Notes under the pieces: model-generated
The model's input: the letters and a program-made list of their open reading frames with translations, nothing else
The model's database searches: none
What the model was told of the DNA's origin: nothing
Shown here: positions 49,886-61,700 of the stretch, piece after piece
Position numbering within the stretch: the stretch's first letter is position 1
How the letters are laid out: the number at the start of each line of letters is the position of its first letter
Source: Bacteroidia bacterium
GTDB lineage: Bacteria; Bacteroidota; Bacteroidia; 2-12-FULL-35-15
Assembly: GCA_030654175.1 (NCBI GenBank)
Contig: JAURXZ010000030.1
Coordinates: 653,510-717,509, forward strand
Reading direction: 5' to 3'
DNA: 64,000 nucleotides
Translations under genes and position numbers: made by a program

Positions 49886-52800
49886 CTATTTCATCAATGT
49901 AACAATCCCATTGTAGGCGTGATCTCTATTTTTAAAATCGGTAAGTTTTACAACATAAACGTATACGTCTTTTTGCGCAATTTCGTTACCTCTATTTGCT
50001 TTTCCATCCCATGGTTTATCAATATCATCGGTTTTGTAAATTAAATTACCCCAGCGATCAAAAATAGTCATCTCGTATTTTTTTATAAAAATGCCTTTAC
50101 CTGAAAAGCTATCATTTATACCATCTCCATCCGGTGTAAATGCATTAGGAATATAAAATACAAAGTCAGGTTCAATAACAATAGTTTGATGTGCCGTATC
50201 AACACAATTATATTGAGTGGATGTGATCAGTATTAATGTGTATGTGCCGGTATCAGCATAAGTATATGAGGATGTATTATAAACAGAGGAAGTATCAGAA
50301 CCATCGCCAAAATTCCAATTCCAATGATCAACTCCTGTGGATAGATCAGTAATTGAAATAACAGGGTTAGTAATGGTCATTGCTTGAGGCTCAACAATGA
50401 AACTCGCATCAGGATTGGGGTATACGGTGATGTAATTGTTTTTAGGCAACGTTGTAACACAACCACTATCGGAAGTAACCGTTAATGTAACATTAAAAGA
50501 ATTAGGCGAACCTACAGAATCATTGATATAACAATGGTCGAAAGATTGGGAAGTTGTTCCCGGGCTGCCGTCTCCAACATTCCATGCCCATTGAACATTA
50601 ACACCGGTGAGAACAGAAGATGAATTTTGAAAAGAAATACACAAAGGCTCGCATCCAACCGTATCGCTTGAACTAAAATTCACAACAGGATTTGGGTTTA
50701 CCGTAACCGGTTTTGTGGTAGAATCCAAACAGCCAAAATTGGATACGATCACCAACTCAACATTATAATCATTTGCAGTAGCATACAAATGGCCACCAGG
50801 AACAGATTGGCCGGAGTGAACTAAACTGCCATCTCCAAAATTCCAGGTCCAGGACTGTATAGTGGTGTTAACAGGGGTGCTTGACAAATCAGTAAATGAT
50901 ACCGCAGTTCCTGCACAAACGTTGGCTGTAGAAAATTCTGCTGTAGGGTTAGGATAAACCGAGATGTAATTAATTTTAGAAAGAGTACTAACGCATCCAC
51001 TATCGGAAGTAACCGTTAATGTTACATTAAAAAAAACTGGGGAAGAGTTGTTGCTATAACAATGATTGGAATTTGTAGTATTGCTTGTTGCACTTCCATC
51101 ACCAAAATCCCAGAGCCAGCTAAAATTATTTCCTGTGTTAACGGACGATAAGTCCTGGAAGGAAACGCATAACAATGCACACCCGGCCGTGTCGTCAGCG
51201 GTAAAATTTACCATTGGTTTAGGATTTATTGTAACTATTTTAATGATGGAATCGGAGCAGCCGAAATTGGAAACTGCTTGTAATTGTACACTATAAGAAC
51301 TGTCCAAAGCAAAAAGGTAAGAAGGACTTTGAGTATTATTTAATGGACTTCCATCACCAAAGTCCCATGAATAGGCTTGTATCGTCTCTGGAGAATTAAT
51401 TGTTGATAAATTAATGAACATTACAGAGCTTCCAACACATACATTGGCAACAGAAAATTGAGGAACCGGTAGCGGATGAACATCAACATTTATTGAAGCG
51501 CTGCCAATGCAATCGTTACTGTTTTTTACAATAACTGAATAAGTTGCAGGTGAAGAAGGCGATACCGAAATTGCAGTTGTGGTGGCTCCCGTGCTCCACA
51601 AATACGTTCCACCACCAGATGCAGTAAGTGTAGTGCTATCACCATTACAAATACTTGCATTACCGGTTATTGAGGCTATTGGTAATGAGTCTACCGTTAT
51701 TATCAGGCTGTCTGTAACGGAACAATTATTAATATCTGTGCCGGTAACAAAATATTCGGTAGTGATCAGAGGGCCGGCAATTACAGTTGTTCCTGAAGGT
51801 GCATTCAGTCCTGCAATTGGCAACCATGAATAAGTAAATGCACCACCGGCATTTATTTGCACGGAATCTCCAATACAAACGGATGAGCTGGGGCTGAGCG
51901 ATAGGGTAGGTAATTGATGAACAACAATTTGTATTTGCGCAGTATCCTTACAATTATTATAATTAGAGATCACCTGATAAGTGATATCGGTGATCGGTGA
52001 TGCGATAACTGTTTTTGCAGTATCACTGCTTAAAGTTATTGCCGGGGACCATAAATAATTTGACTGACCATTTGCAGTGAGTGTTAACGTATCACCATTA
52101 CAAATGCTGTCTTTGCTTGCACTTATTGTTAAATCGTCTATTGGTTCAAACCATTGTATTACCACTAAACCATCACCACCTGTTTTTATATCGCCAACAG
52201 CACCAACCGTCATATCATAATCGTTCCCCACTCCTGCTCCTGAAATATAGTGAACATCGGTCATATCAGGTGGATAAATATTTAGCTCCGGTGTAAACTT
52301 AACAAATCCCCCCGAAGTATATTTAAAGCCAGAACCACCTTCACCGCCATCTGCAAAGTCTTCCGGAAGGTGGCCGGAAAACGAAAACCTGCTTATCCCT
52401 GAAATACCTCCAACATACCCACCACCGCCACCGCCAAAACCTGTAGAATTTGTAATTGCATTTTGCCCTGTTAATGGTAAATACCCTCCTGATAAAGGAC
52501 CATTGCCATTACCACCGGACGTTTCATCTAACCCATTAGCATCTGCCATACCGCCTCCACCACCTGCTATAACCCTTGCATTAGCCTGAGTAACGGTTGA
52601 AAAGAACACTCCACTTAATCCGCCACCAGAACCGGTTTCGGAAGTACTTGCTGATGCCATAGAATTTCCGCTGCCTCCAAAACCAAAAGTTGATCTTGCT
52701 GTTTGATTTTCGGCCCTTGTAGCCCAACCTCCTTCACCGGAAATTACAACGTACGTTTCACCGGGAGAAGTTATAAACTCGTCAACAGTGAAGCCTCCAG

Positions 52801-53143
52801 CTCCAGCCCCAAAACCATACGCAGCAACATAACCACCACCACCACCGGCTCCCCAGGCTTTAACTTTTATTGAAGTTACTCCTGCAGGTATAATAAAATG
52901 CTGATCAAACCCTGTATATTTTACTGCAATACCTCTATTATAGCCTAATTCAGGCAATACTGTTTTCCAGGCGGTTGAATTATAACCGCAAACATAACAT
53001 TGGTTTAAAGTTGCCAGATCAGGATCTGCACAATCAATCAAGCCATCACTATCATCATCAATTCCGTTACCGGAGATCTCAGTTTGCGCAAAAAAAGACA
53101 AACTATAGAAGGTGAATAATATAAAAAATAAAAGTTGTTTCAT
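49886..53143 (-). CDS. Secreted multi-domain protein with Gly-rich N-terminal module, PKD-like repeats and T9SS type B C-terminal domain
   Basis: 1085 aa with signal peptide. Long GGGGG-rich segment (aa ~95-260). Repeated ...FGDGS...TVTSDSGC... PKD-like units. C-terminal 95 aa near-identical to the neighbouring genes. Confidence 0.85.
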   Translation of the reverse strand: MKQLLFFILFTFYSLSFFAQTEISGNGIDDDSDGLIDCADPDLATLNQCYVCGYNSTAWKTVLPELGYNRGIAVKYTGFDQHFIIPAGVTSIKVKAWGAGGGGGYVAAYGFGAGAGGFTVDEFITSPGETYVVISGEGGWATRAENQTARSTFGFGGSGNSMASASTSETGSGGGLSGVFFSTVTQANARVIAGGGGGMADANGLDETSGGNGNGPLSGGYLPLTGQNAITNSTGFGGGGGGYVGGISGISRFSFSGHLPEDFADGGEGGSGFKYTSGGFVKFTPELNIYPPDMTDVHYISGAGVGNDYDMTVGAVGDIKTGGDGLVVIQWFEPIDDLTISASKDSICNGDTLTLTANGQSNYLWSPAITLSSDTAKTVIASPITDITYQVISNYNNCKDTAQIQIVVHQLPTLSLSPSSSVCIGDSVQINAGGAFTYSWLPIAGLNAPSGTTVIAGPLITTEYFVTGTDINNCSVTDSLIITVDSLPIASITGNASICNGDSTTLTASGGGTYLWSTGATTTAISVSPSSPATYSVIVKNSNDCIGSASINVDVHPLPVPQFSVANVCVGSSVMFINLSTINSPETIQAYSWDFGDGSPLNNTQSPSYLFALDSSYSVQLQAVSNFGCSDSIIKIVTINPKPMVNFTADDTAGCALLCVSFQDLSSVNTGNNFSWLWDFGDGSATSNTTNSNHCYSNNSSPVFFNVTLTVTSDSGCVSTLSKINYISVYPNPTAEFSTANVCAGTAVSFTDLSSTPVNTTIQSWTWNFGDGSLVHSGQSVPGGHLYATANDYNVELVIVSNFGCLDSTTKPVTVNPNPVVNFSSSDTVGCEPLCISFQNSSSVLTGVNVQWAWNVGDGSPGTTSQSFDHCYINDSVGSPNSFNVTLTVTSDSGCVTTLPKNNYITVYPNPDASFIVEPQAMTITNPVISITDLSTGVDHWNWNFGDGSDTSSVYNTSSYTYADTGTYTLILITSTQYNCVDTAHQTIVIEPDFVFYIPNAFTPDGDGINDSFSGKGIFIKKYEMTIFDRWGNLIYKTDDIDKPWDGKANRGNEIAQKDVYVYVVKLTDFKNRDHAYNGIVTLMK

Positions 53144-53157
53144 TCGTTTGTGTCGAT

Positions 53158-55647
53158 TTATCTTATCAATGAAACGATCCCTTTGTAATTGTGTTTCCGG
53201 TTTTTAAAATCAGTTGCTGTAATTGAATAAATATACACATCTGCCAATGCAATTTCTTTTCCCTTGTTAGCCTTTCCATCCCAGGGTTTATTTATATCTT
53301 CAGAAACAAAGATCATATTTCCCCAACGATCAAAAATATTCATTTTAAATTCTTTTATAAAAACTCCTTTGCCTGAAAAGTTGTCGTTGATTCCATCACC
53401 ATCCGGTGTAAATGCATTTGGAATAGAAAACACAAAGTCACTTTCTATACTTATGGTTTGAGATGCCGTATCTAAACAATTAAATTGAGTGGATGTAATA
53501 AGCGTTATCAGGTAAGTACCGGTGTCGCCATAAGTGTGTGGGGCCGGATTATTTAAGGACGAAGTTGTAAGATCACCAAAATCCCAGATCCAATTAACAG
53601 CTCCAACAGATAGATCTGTGATGGAAATAACAGGATCTATAATAGTTGTTGTTTCCGGTAGGGCTGTAAAAGAGGCAATAGGATTGGGATATACGGTAAT
53701 AAAATTGTTTTTAGATAATATACTAACGCATCCGCTATCGGAGGTAACTGTTAAAGTAACATTGAAAAAATTTGTGGCAAACACAGAATCGTTGGTGTAA
53801 CAATGATCAAAAGATTGAGAATTAATTATGGGGCTGCCATCACCCACATTCCATTGCCATTGAATATTATCGCCCGGACTTACAGAAGATGAATTTTGAA
53901 AAGAAACACATAAAGGTTCACATCCGGTAGTATCATTTGCAGTAAATGATACGGTAGGGTTTGGATTAACAATAACTATTTTAGTAACAGAATCGGAACA
54001 ACCGAAATTGGAGACCGTTAATAATTGGACCGTATACGAACCCACGGCAGCATACAGGTGGGAAACATTTTGAGTTGTAATAAGAGGAGTACCATCGCCC
54101 AAATTCCATGTCCGGGATTCTATCGTATCTGTTGCAGGAATGGTTGATAGGTCGGCAAACAACGTATTTGCTCCCAAACAAACATTTGTTGTTGCGAATT
54201 TCGCATCAGGGGGGGGGTGAACCACAGCACTTGTTATTAATGTGTCTTTACAACCATTATTGGTAGTAACGATCAGAGAAACCGGGTAGGAACCTGGATT
54301 TGAATATGTATGAGTAGCATTCTGAGTGCTTCCTGATGGGCTGCCATCAGCGAAATTCCATGACCAGCTTGAAACAGTTCCGCTTGAAACAGTTGACGAA
54401 TCATTAAAATTCATTGCCTGGTTTAAACAAACATCACCAAAACTATAGTCCGCAACAGGCAGAGGATAAATAAGCACCGAATCCACATATGTATTGCTTA
54501 CACAACCATCCTTAACAAACGTCATACTAACAGTATGATAGCCCGGTGTTAAAAAAACAATTCCAACAGGATTTTGTAAAATGGATGTAGCTGGCGAAGC
54601 ATTTGCAAAGGTCCAGAGGAAAGTAGAGTTTGATAAAAAATTTCCACCTGCAGTAAAGCTGAAACTATTGCCACCCAGGCATTTTCCGGCAGGAGCCGTG
54701 AAAGTAGAAACGGGTGTTGGACTAACAATTACCGAATCGGTTGTAAGCGGTGAAACACATCCGTTTGCATCCACCGAAAGTGTTATGATTTTTGTCCCTG
54801 CACTTGGCCAGCTAACTGTATAAGGCCCCTGACCGGAGCCCGAAACAATAGTACCAGAATCGAAATCCCATGTATAGGCGTCACCAGTTGTACCTGTGCC
54901 TGTGTATGTGATAGTAGAGTTTGTTCCTATACAAACAGGAGATGTAGCTGTGAATGTTGAAGTTGGAGGTGTTGACACCGTTACTCCAACTACTGTTGGT
55001 CCGGTTGTTACTCCGCAGTCGGTTATATCCATTGAAACATTATATGTTCCGGGGCTTGCATAAATATGACTCGGACTTTGATCAGCACTATGTGGTGTAC
55101 CATCACCAAAATCCCAGTTGTACACAGCTGTGCTTCCGGCTGTACCCGTGTAAGTGAAGACGATATTATTTCCGGCACAAGCGGGAGCGCTAATAGTGAA
55201 GGTAAGCGTAGGGGTTATTGCTGTTGGACAATAGGTGAAATTAATTTTATAATTATGAGCCGCAGAAGGACCACTATCATCAAATCTATAGATCGTTTCC
55301 CAGCCATTACTTCCGGTTGGCGCCTGCACCAACGCACAAACATTAGAGCATTGGGTAACAGTGGAAGTCATATCCATACATTCGGTAACACCTGAAAGTG
55401 TGAAAGGAGTACTCCAGTTTCCCCAGGGAGTACCATTTACCGACAACACATCTCCTGAACAACTGGAATGCTGCCCCGGGTTGGAACCACCCTGGTGCAC
55501 CCACCACATTTGATTTCCCTGAACATGAAGTAAATCTACAACATCGATACAGGCATGAACGTCATAAGAAACACATTGCGAAAAGCCAGTAACAATGGGA
55601 AACAAACAATTGATAAACCAGAATAAAACAAGTAATTTTTTTTTCAT
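53158..55647 (-). CDS. Secreted PKD-repeat protein with T9SS type B C-terminal domain
   Basis: 829 aa. Signal peptide, multiple PKD-like units, and the same CTD (SIPNAFTPDGDGINDNF...FDRWGNMIFVSEDINKPWDGK). Only a 14-nt gap to the upstream gene. Confidence 0.85.
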   Translation of the reverse strand: MKKKLLVLFWFINCLFPIVTGFSQCVSYDVHACIDVVDLLHVQGNQMWWVHQGGSNPGQHSSCSGDVLSVNGTPWGNWSTPFTLSGVTECMDMTSTVTQCSNVCALVQAPTGSNGWETIYRFDDSGPSAAHNYKINFTYCPTAITPTLTFTISAPACAGNNIVFTYTGTAGSTAVYNWDFGDGTPHSADQSPSHIYASPGTYNVSMDITDCGVTTGPTVVGVTVSTPPTSTFTATSPVCIGTNSTITYTGTGTTGDAYTWDFDSGTIVSGSGQGPYTVSWPSAGTKIITLSVDANGCVSPLTTDSVIVSPTPVSTFTAPAGKCLGGNSFSFTAGGNFLSNSTFLWTFANASPATSILQNPVGIVFLTPGYHTVSMTFVKDGCVSNTYVDSVLIYPLPVADYSFGDVCLNQAMNFNDSSTVSSGTVSSWSWNFADGSPSGSTQNATHTYSNPGSYPVSLIVTTNNGCKDTLITSAVVHPPPDAKFATTNVCLGANTLFADLSTIPATDTIESRTWNLGDGTPLITTQNVSHLYAAVGSYTVQLLTVSNFGCSDSVTKIVIVNPNPTVSFTANDTTGCEPLCVSFQNSSSVSPGDNIQWQWNVGDGSPIINSQSFDHCYTNDSVFATNFFNVTLTVTSDSGCVSILSKNNFITVYPNPIASFTALPETTTIIDPVISITDLSVGAVNWIWDFGDLTTSSLNNPAPHTYGDTGTYLITLITSTQFNCLDTASQTISIESDFVFSIPNAFTPDGDGINDNFSGKGVFIKEFKMNIFDRWGNMIFVSEDINKPWDGKANKGKEIALADVYIYSITATDFKNRKHNYKGIVSLIR

Positions 55648-55700
55648 GAATAAATTTTCTTTTATTTAATTTACAATATGAATATAGCCTCTGTTTTCAA

Positions 55701-58700
55701 CTACCTTACCAACGTTACAATTCCTCTGTATTTGTGTTTTATCATTTTAAAATCAGTAACCTTAACAACATATACATACACATCGCTCTGCGCTAATTCA
55801 TTACCATGATTTGCTTTTCCATCCCATGGTTTTCTGATGTCGTCTGTTTGATAAATGAGGTTACCCCACCTGTCAAAAATAAGCATTTCAAAATCTATAA
55901 TTCCATATGCTTTTGCAGGAAAGGAATCATTTATTTCATCGCCATTAGGTGTAAATGCATTGGGAATATAAATTACCCAATCAAGGCCTATTAAAATGGT
56001 TTTCTGAATGGTATCTGCACAGGAATAGATATTATTAACTATCAGGGTAACATCAAACTGCCCCGTATCCGTATAGGTATAATAAGGATGTTGTAAAGTA
56101 GAAATACTATCCTGCAGGCCAATACTAAGATCCCATTGCCAGATAGTGGCTCCCAATGATTCGTTTTGAAAAGAAATAAGTGGGCTTAATATTGTTGCTG
56201 GTTGCGGACTATAATTAAATGCAGCAACAGGGATAGGATTTACCGTAATATAATCATTCTTAATGAGGGTAGTGGTACAACCATCATTTGATGTTACAGT
56301 TAATTTTACGGTATAGGTTACCGGAGAATATACGGTGTTGTTTTCAAAACAGTGAAAGGGATTTGTGAGGTTACTCAACGTACCATCACCAAAATCCCAG
56401 AACCACTGCTGGTTTATACCTGTTGCTATGGTAGATAGATCCTGAAAGTTCACGCATAAAGGAGAGCATCCGATACTGTCAGGTTGAAAATCAACAACAG
56501 GGCTGGAACGAACTGTTATTGGAAGAGTGACCGTATCCTGGCACCCAATAGCATCTGTGACAATAACTGTATAAGAAGAATCTGCCATTGGTGAAACCGT
56601 TATACTCTCTGTGGTTTCGGAAGTGTTCCATAAAAAAGAATACCCCGGAGTGCCGCCTGAAGCCGAAGCAGTGATTGTTGTGCTTTGTCCCTGGCAAATA
56701 TTTGTGGAGGTTGCGCTGGCGGTAACGGCCACCGCTGGTGTGACAACAGCACTGAACGTTTGTACACAACTATTGGAATCCGACACCGTAACGCTGTAAG
56801 TCCCCGATGATAAACCGGTTATTGCGTTAGTGGTTTGTCCATTGCTCCACAAGTAGGTGTATGCACCTGTTCCACCGCTTGCTGTTACAGTTGCTGTTGC
56901 ATTATTACCTGTGTTACAAGTTCCACTTAATATCGCAATACTTGCCGTTAAAGCAGATGGTTCTGTTATAGTTAACGATGCGCTTGAATCGCAACCGGCA
57001 GCATCGGTTACAACGATGGTATAGTTGCCTGCACAAATGCCATTGGCCGCGGAGGTTGTTTGTGCAGGTGTTGTGTTCCATGAATAAGTGTAACCGGGGG
57101 TGCCGCCCGAGGCCGTTACTGTTGCTGTTCCATTACAGATCGCATTGCAGTTCAAATTAACCTGAGCAGTAATAGCAACTGTAATAGCTAAGGCTGGCTC
57201 AATGATGGTAACAGTTTCAGTTGCAGAGCAACCGTTTGCATCAGTAACAATAACAGAATAAGTGCCTCCGGAAAGAGTTGTGGCGGTATCGTTCAGCTGA
57301 GTCGGTGTTGTGTTCCATACATAAGTGTATGGTGCAGTTCCACTCCCTGTAACAGTGGCTATAGCGCTACCATTGCTTTCCCCCTTGCAGATGGTGTCCG
57401 GATCGCTCATAGAAAGAAGAGGATTTGGATTTGTAATTACCTCCACTGTATCTTTAGAAACACAATTGATCCTGTTTATTGTTACTTCGAAATTATTTGT
57501 TACCGGTAAGCCGGAATTATTTAATGCCGCAAACGTTGCCTCTGAAGAATTCAGGTTACTTAATCCTGGGGAAGCGGTCCATAAATAGGTGTATCCGGTG
57601 ATGGGCGGATAACCCAATGTAATTGTTTGGCCGGAACATACACTGGTATCAATACCAATTTGTGTCATTGGTATAGTGATGGCCAACTGGTCGGATATGC
57701 AGGAACAATGGTTTACAGAAGTGTCCAATACCGCAATAACAGAACAGGAATTTCCGGCAGGTAAAAAAACATCCGATGAATAAGAATAGCTTCCATTTTC
57801 GGGTATCGAAGCATTGAGTGTATCGTTTACAATAAAAACATCCCCGGTATTATAAACTCCGTTTCCATTGGCATCAAAATAATAACTGATGACCACATCA
57901 TTTACCGGTAAAATATCTTCGCCCGTATTATTAATAGTAAAGCTAATAGTAGCGGTTTCCCCTGTGGGTGGGTTAGGTACAGAATATCCGCTTGGATCGC
58001 TTAGGGATAAATAAGCTTTGTACGCGAAAACAGCCAGGGTATCAAATCCGTTTATAACATTGATATTACAGGCATTTCCTGTAGAGGTACATACTACGTT
58101 GGCGATACTCAATGTGCTGGCCTGGAAATAAGAAATACCACAGGAGATAGCAGCTGGTGTTCCGGCATAATTAAAATCAAAAACAACACTATCCCCGGCT
58201 TGCATTCCTGCGGGCATCTTCCATTTAAGAGTCAACTGCCCGTTCAACATGGTTTGCACCGGATTTGGGTTTGCAGGAGCATTGTGAATACCTGCAAAAG
58301 AACTGTTTTCATAGCTTACACCATACGGAAGAGTAATGACGATTGAATCCGTTGCTCCAATAGCGCCCGGACCAAGATTTACAGCATTTACATGCATTAT
58401 CGAACTGGCAGCACACGGAGAAATATAAGTGGTTGACAAAAAAACATCGGTAGTATAAGTGGCCTCGGCACCTGTTATTACAAGCTGTACAGGAGGTATC
58501 AGGTCCTGGTTCACAGGAAGTCCGCAGGCTGCTTTCCCCTTAATGTTAAACTGAATACTATTGCCCGATGTGTAACTGCAATTGGTAATTATTTTGAATG
58601 TGACCTTCACTAAGTTCAATGTTGAATCGAGATAACCTTTTAAACCATTGCTACCAATAAGGTTATTTATGGCCGACAGATCCCATTGCCAGGTAGTTCC

Positions 58701-61700
58701 ATTCAGTAAAACAGGGTCGGGAATAACGCTATAAGGGCTATATTCAGGATAACTAAGTTTTGACGAACCCGGTACAATAACCACTCCTACCGGCAAAACA
58801 GTGGTTAATAATACATTGTATAAGGTTCCTGCCTGAAAATTTACCAATTCAACACTATAGTTGCTTGTGTCGCATAGCGGGACTGAACCGGATGGACCGG
58901 TCACCGCAATATCCAATGCAGGAATGAGTGGTGTTTCTTTCAAGGTAATTTTACCGGGTAAGCAGGGATAATCAGATAAATTAACAGGATAACCCTCGGA
59001 ACAATTCCAACCTGCATAAATGATAATGCTGTCCTGGAAACAGGAAGTAAAATTGGCTGTAACCCGAAAACTTCGGATAGTAGCAGCATTTACTGTTCCA
59101 AGCTGATAAATATCACCTGTAGCCGGAATAGAAACATTGTTATCCACATCAAATACATCAATGATAGCTACGCCCGAAATTGTGGGGCAACTTATCCAGG
59201 AGTTTTCTGTATTAGAGGTGTTGGAAGGGTTTGATAATGTGACATCCCAGGTAGCCATACTATCAGGAGCATTAACGGATGGCAATATGGATTGAAGAAA
59301 AAAAGACGGGGCATCATAAATGACATAATCCTGTGTCGCGGATACAACCAAAGGATAACTTCCGGAGCCGGTTAAATAACCGGTTGGTGAAAAGGTCCAA
59401 TCATATTGTATTCCCTGCGACACAACAGGTGTGACCTCACAGGAGGGGACAATTATAACATCAAGGGTGCCAGAGAACCCATCATCGCTCAATGGAAGAG
59501 TTCCTCCATAACCATTAAAATAGTTTTCTACCGGAAACACAAGCAATGCAGTATCCGCGTAAAGCGGTGTTAAAGCAATCGCTGCACTTGTGCTCGAGAG
59601 TCCTGATCCGGCTGTTCTATCTTCAGTGAACTGAGCAGAAACAAATTTATAGCCGAGTGGAATAAGGGCTGTCAAATTACTGATATGCGCCCAGTTCCGG
59701 TATTCGTTAGGAAACAAATTCCCTCCATTGTAATTGCTGCAACAGGGCCCGATACTTAAATAATACTTCTGTGAGATGGTAATATTTTCGCAGGATTTTA
59801 CAGTATAATAACTATCGTCATGGCTCTCAAACCGATACCCCATGATAAAACACTGACTAAAAAAACCGTCACACTGGTATCTGTTAAAGCCCGGGGGAGG
59901 ATTCGCAACATCGGTTAAATAAAATTCATTGGTAGTTTCACAAGTGTAAATCGGACCTATGGTGTTAGTTGAGACTTTATATCGAGGTATAAACACCAAA
60001 GAATCGCTGTTTAAATATTGAAATCCATTGGGCATACAGCCGGAAGAAATAAGTCCCGCCACACTTAAATTATAAGAAAAAGAACGTGTGGTGCCCGTTG
60101 TAGTCACCCCGGCAGTGAAATTAGTACAGGTGGCAACAAGCACTCCTCCTCTGAATACAGTTAATTTTGCATCCTGATACGTTAACAAATTACCATTTGT
60201 TATGGAACTGTTTATATAACAATACACCCAGAAAGGATGTGCTGTGCTGGTTCGCACTTTTCCATGATAACCTTCTGAAATGGTATCACCAAACATGGCC
60301 CTGTTGGTTTTTATACTTGAAAAATTCAGATTTCCGCTCACATCAGGGACACCGTTTCCACCTCCCGGTTCATTATCCGGCAGGCCATAGCTGGTGCGTT
60401 TGAAATAATAATTACGGACCATCATCCCCTCAGGACATACACTAACTTCCGGTTCAACAGGGATCACAATAAATGTTGCACAAAGAATGCTTACCGGTGC
60501 ACTTTGACAGGAAACCGCCACTTCACACGCACATGAAACGGAGGGTACATAAAACACCTTTATGTCCACAGAACCAAACCCTCCGGAACAACCATTACAA
60601 TCTACTGCAAGGTCAATTTTTACCTGTGCCTGATTCAGATCAAAAGGTGGCATTCCGTTAAAAATTGCAGTTATGATATTGCCGGAAGTTGTCACTGAGG
60701 TGGGGTTCCAGGTGTCAACTCCATTTATACTTAATACATAAGGATTAACCAAATTAACTAAACAGGGAGGCAGTGTGAAAACAAATTTCCAGTAACCACT
60801 TGCATCACCCGGATAAGGTACCTGAAGTCCATAACTAGTGAATTTAAAATTAAATGCACCCGTCTGACCGGAATCTAAAGTGGAAGGAGAATAGTTATTA
60901 CTTAAAATACCATACAACTGGGAATACACTCTTCCCCAGCCCTGGCTGATAATATAAGAGCTCTGACAGAAATTGCTGTAACTTCCACGATACGCCCAAC
61001 CGTTCAGATAAGATTGCCCGGTACCTGCGCAGGCATTGTAGCAGCAGCTGTAGGTATTCCATTCCAAATAGGCCGTATCCCCTGCATTAAGAGCAGGAAT
61101 AGTTAAGTATACCCTCCCCTTGGAGTTTGCGGCCATACAATTTAACTGATCTGTGATTTCTGTACTATCAGCGGTAACGCTGGTGATTGGGCCTGAGTCT
61201 ATTTGTAACTTAAAGCTGGATTCATCAATATTTGAACCCACACTGCTGTTATACCCTGAACCGTTTGTCTGAAATATATCCAGCTGAATATTAGTGGCTT
61301 GTCCCAATCCGGTATTCACGATCATCAACCTTTGAAGACTGGCATTTCCCGCACCCAAACAAGGATTCATATCGGGGTTCAGGGGGGTGATCTCTATATT
61401 TGGTATCAGGTTAGGAAACACCACATTGGCGCCAAGAATAGACGTCTGGCAAACCTGGTTGTTACACCCCCATGCGGCAGTGATGTCTGAAGCAACAAGG
61501 AAACAGTTATTAACCTTTACTGTTTCGCAAATAATAATAGATTCGCCCTGCTCAAATAAACCGTTATTATTACCAACAGAACTGAAATGCGAAGCATTAA
61601 ATGTAATTGTTTCGGTAGTACCTGAATTCACCCAAACACCATTATTTATGTTGTTAACCTGTATCCCGGTTCCATGAATATCGGTAAGCGTAAACTGGGC

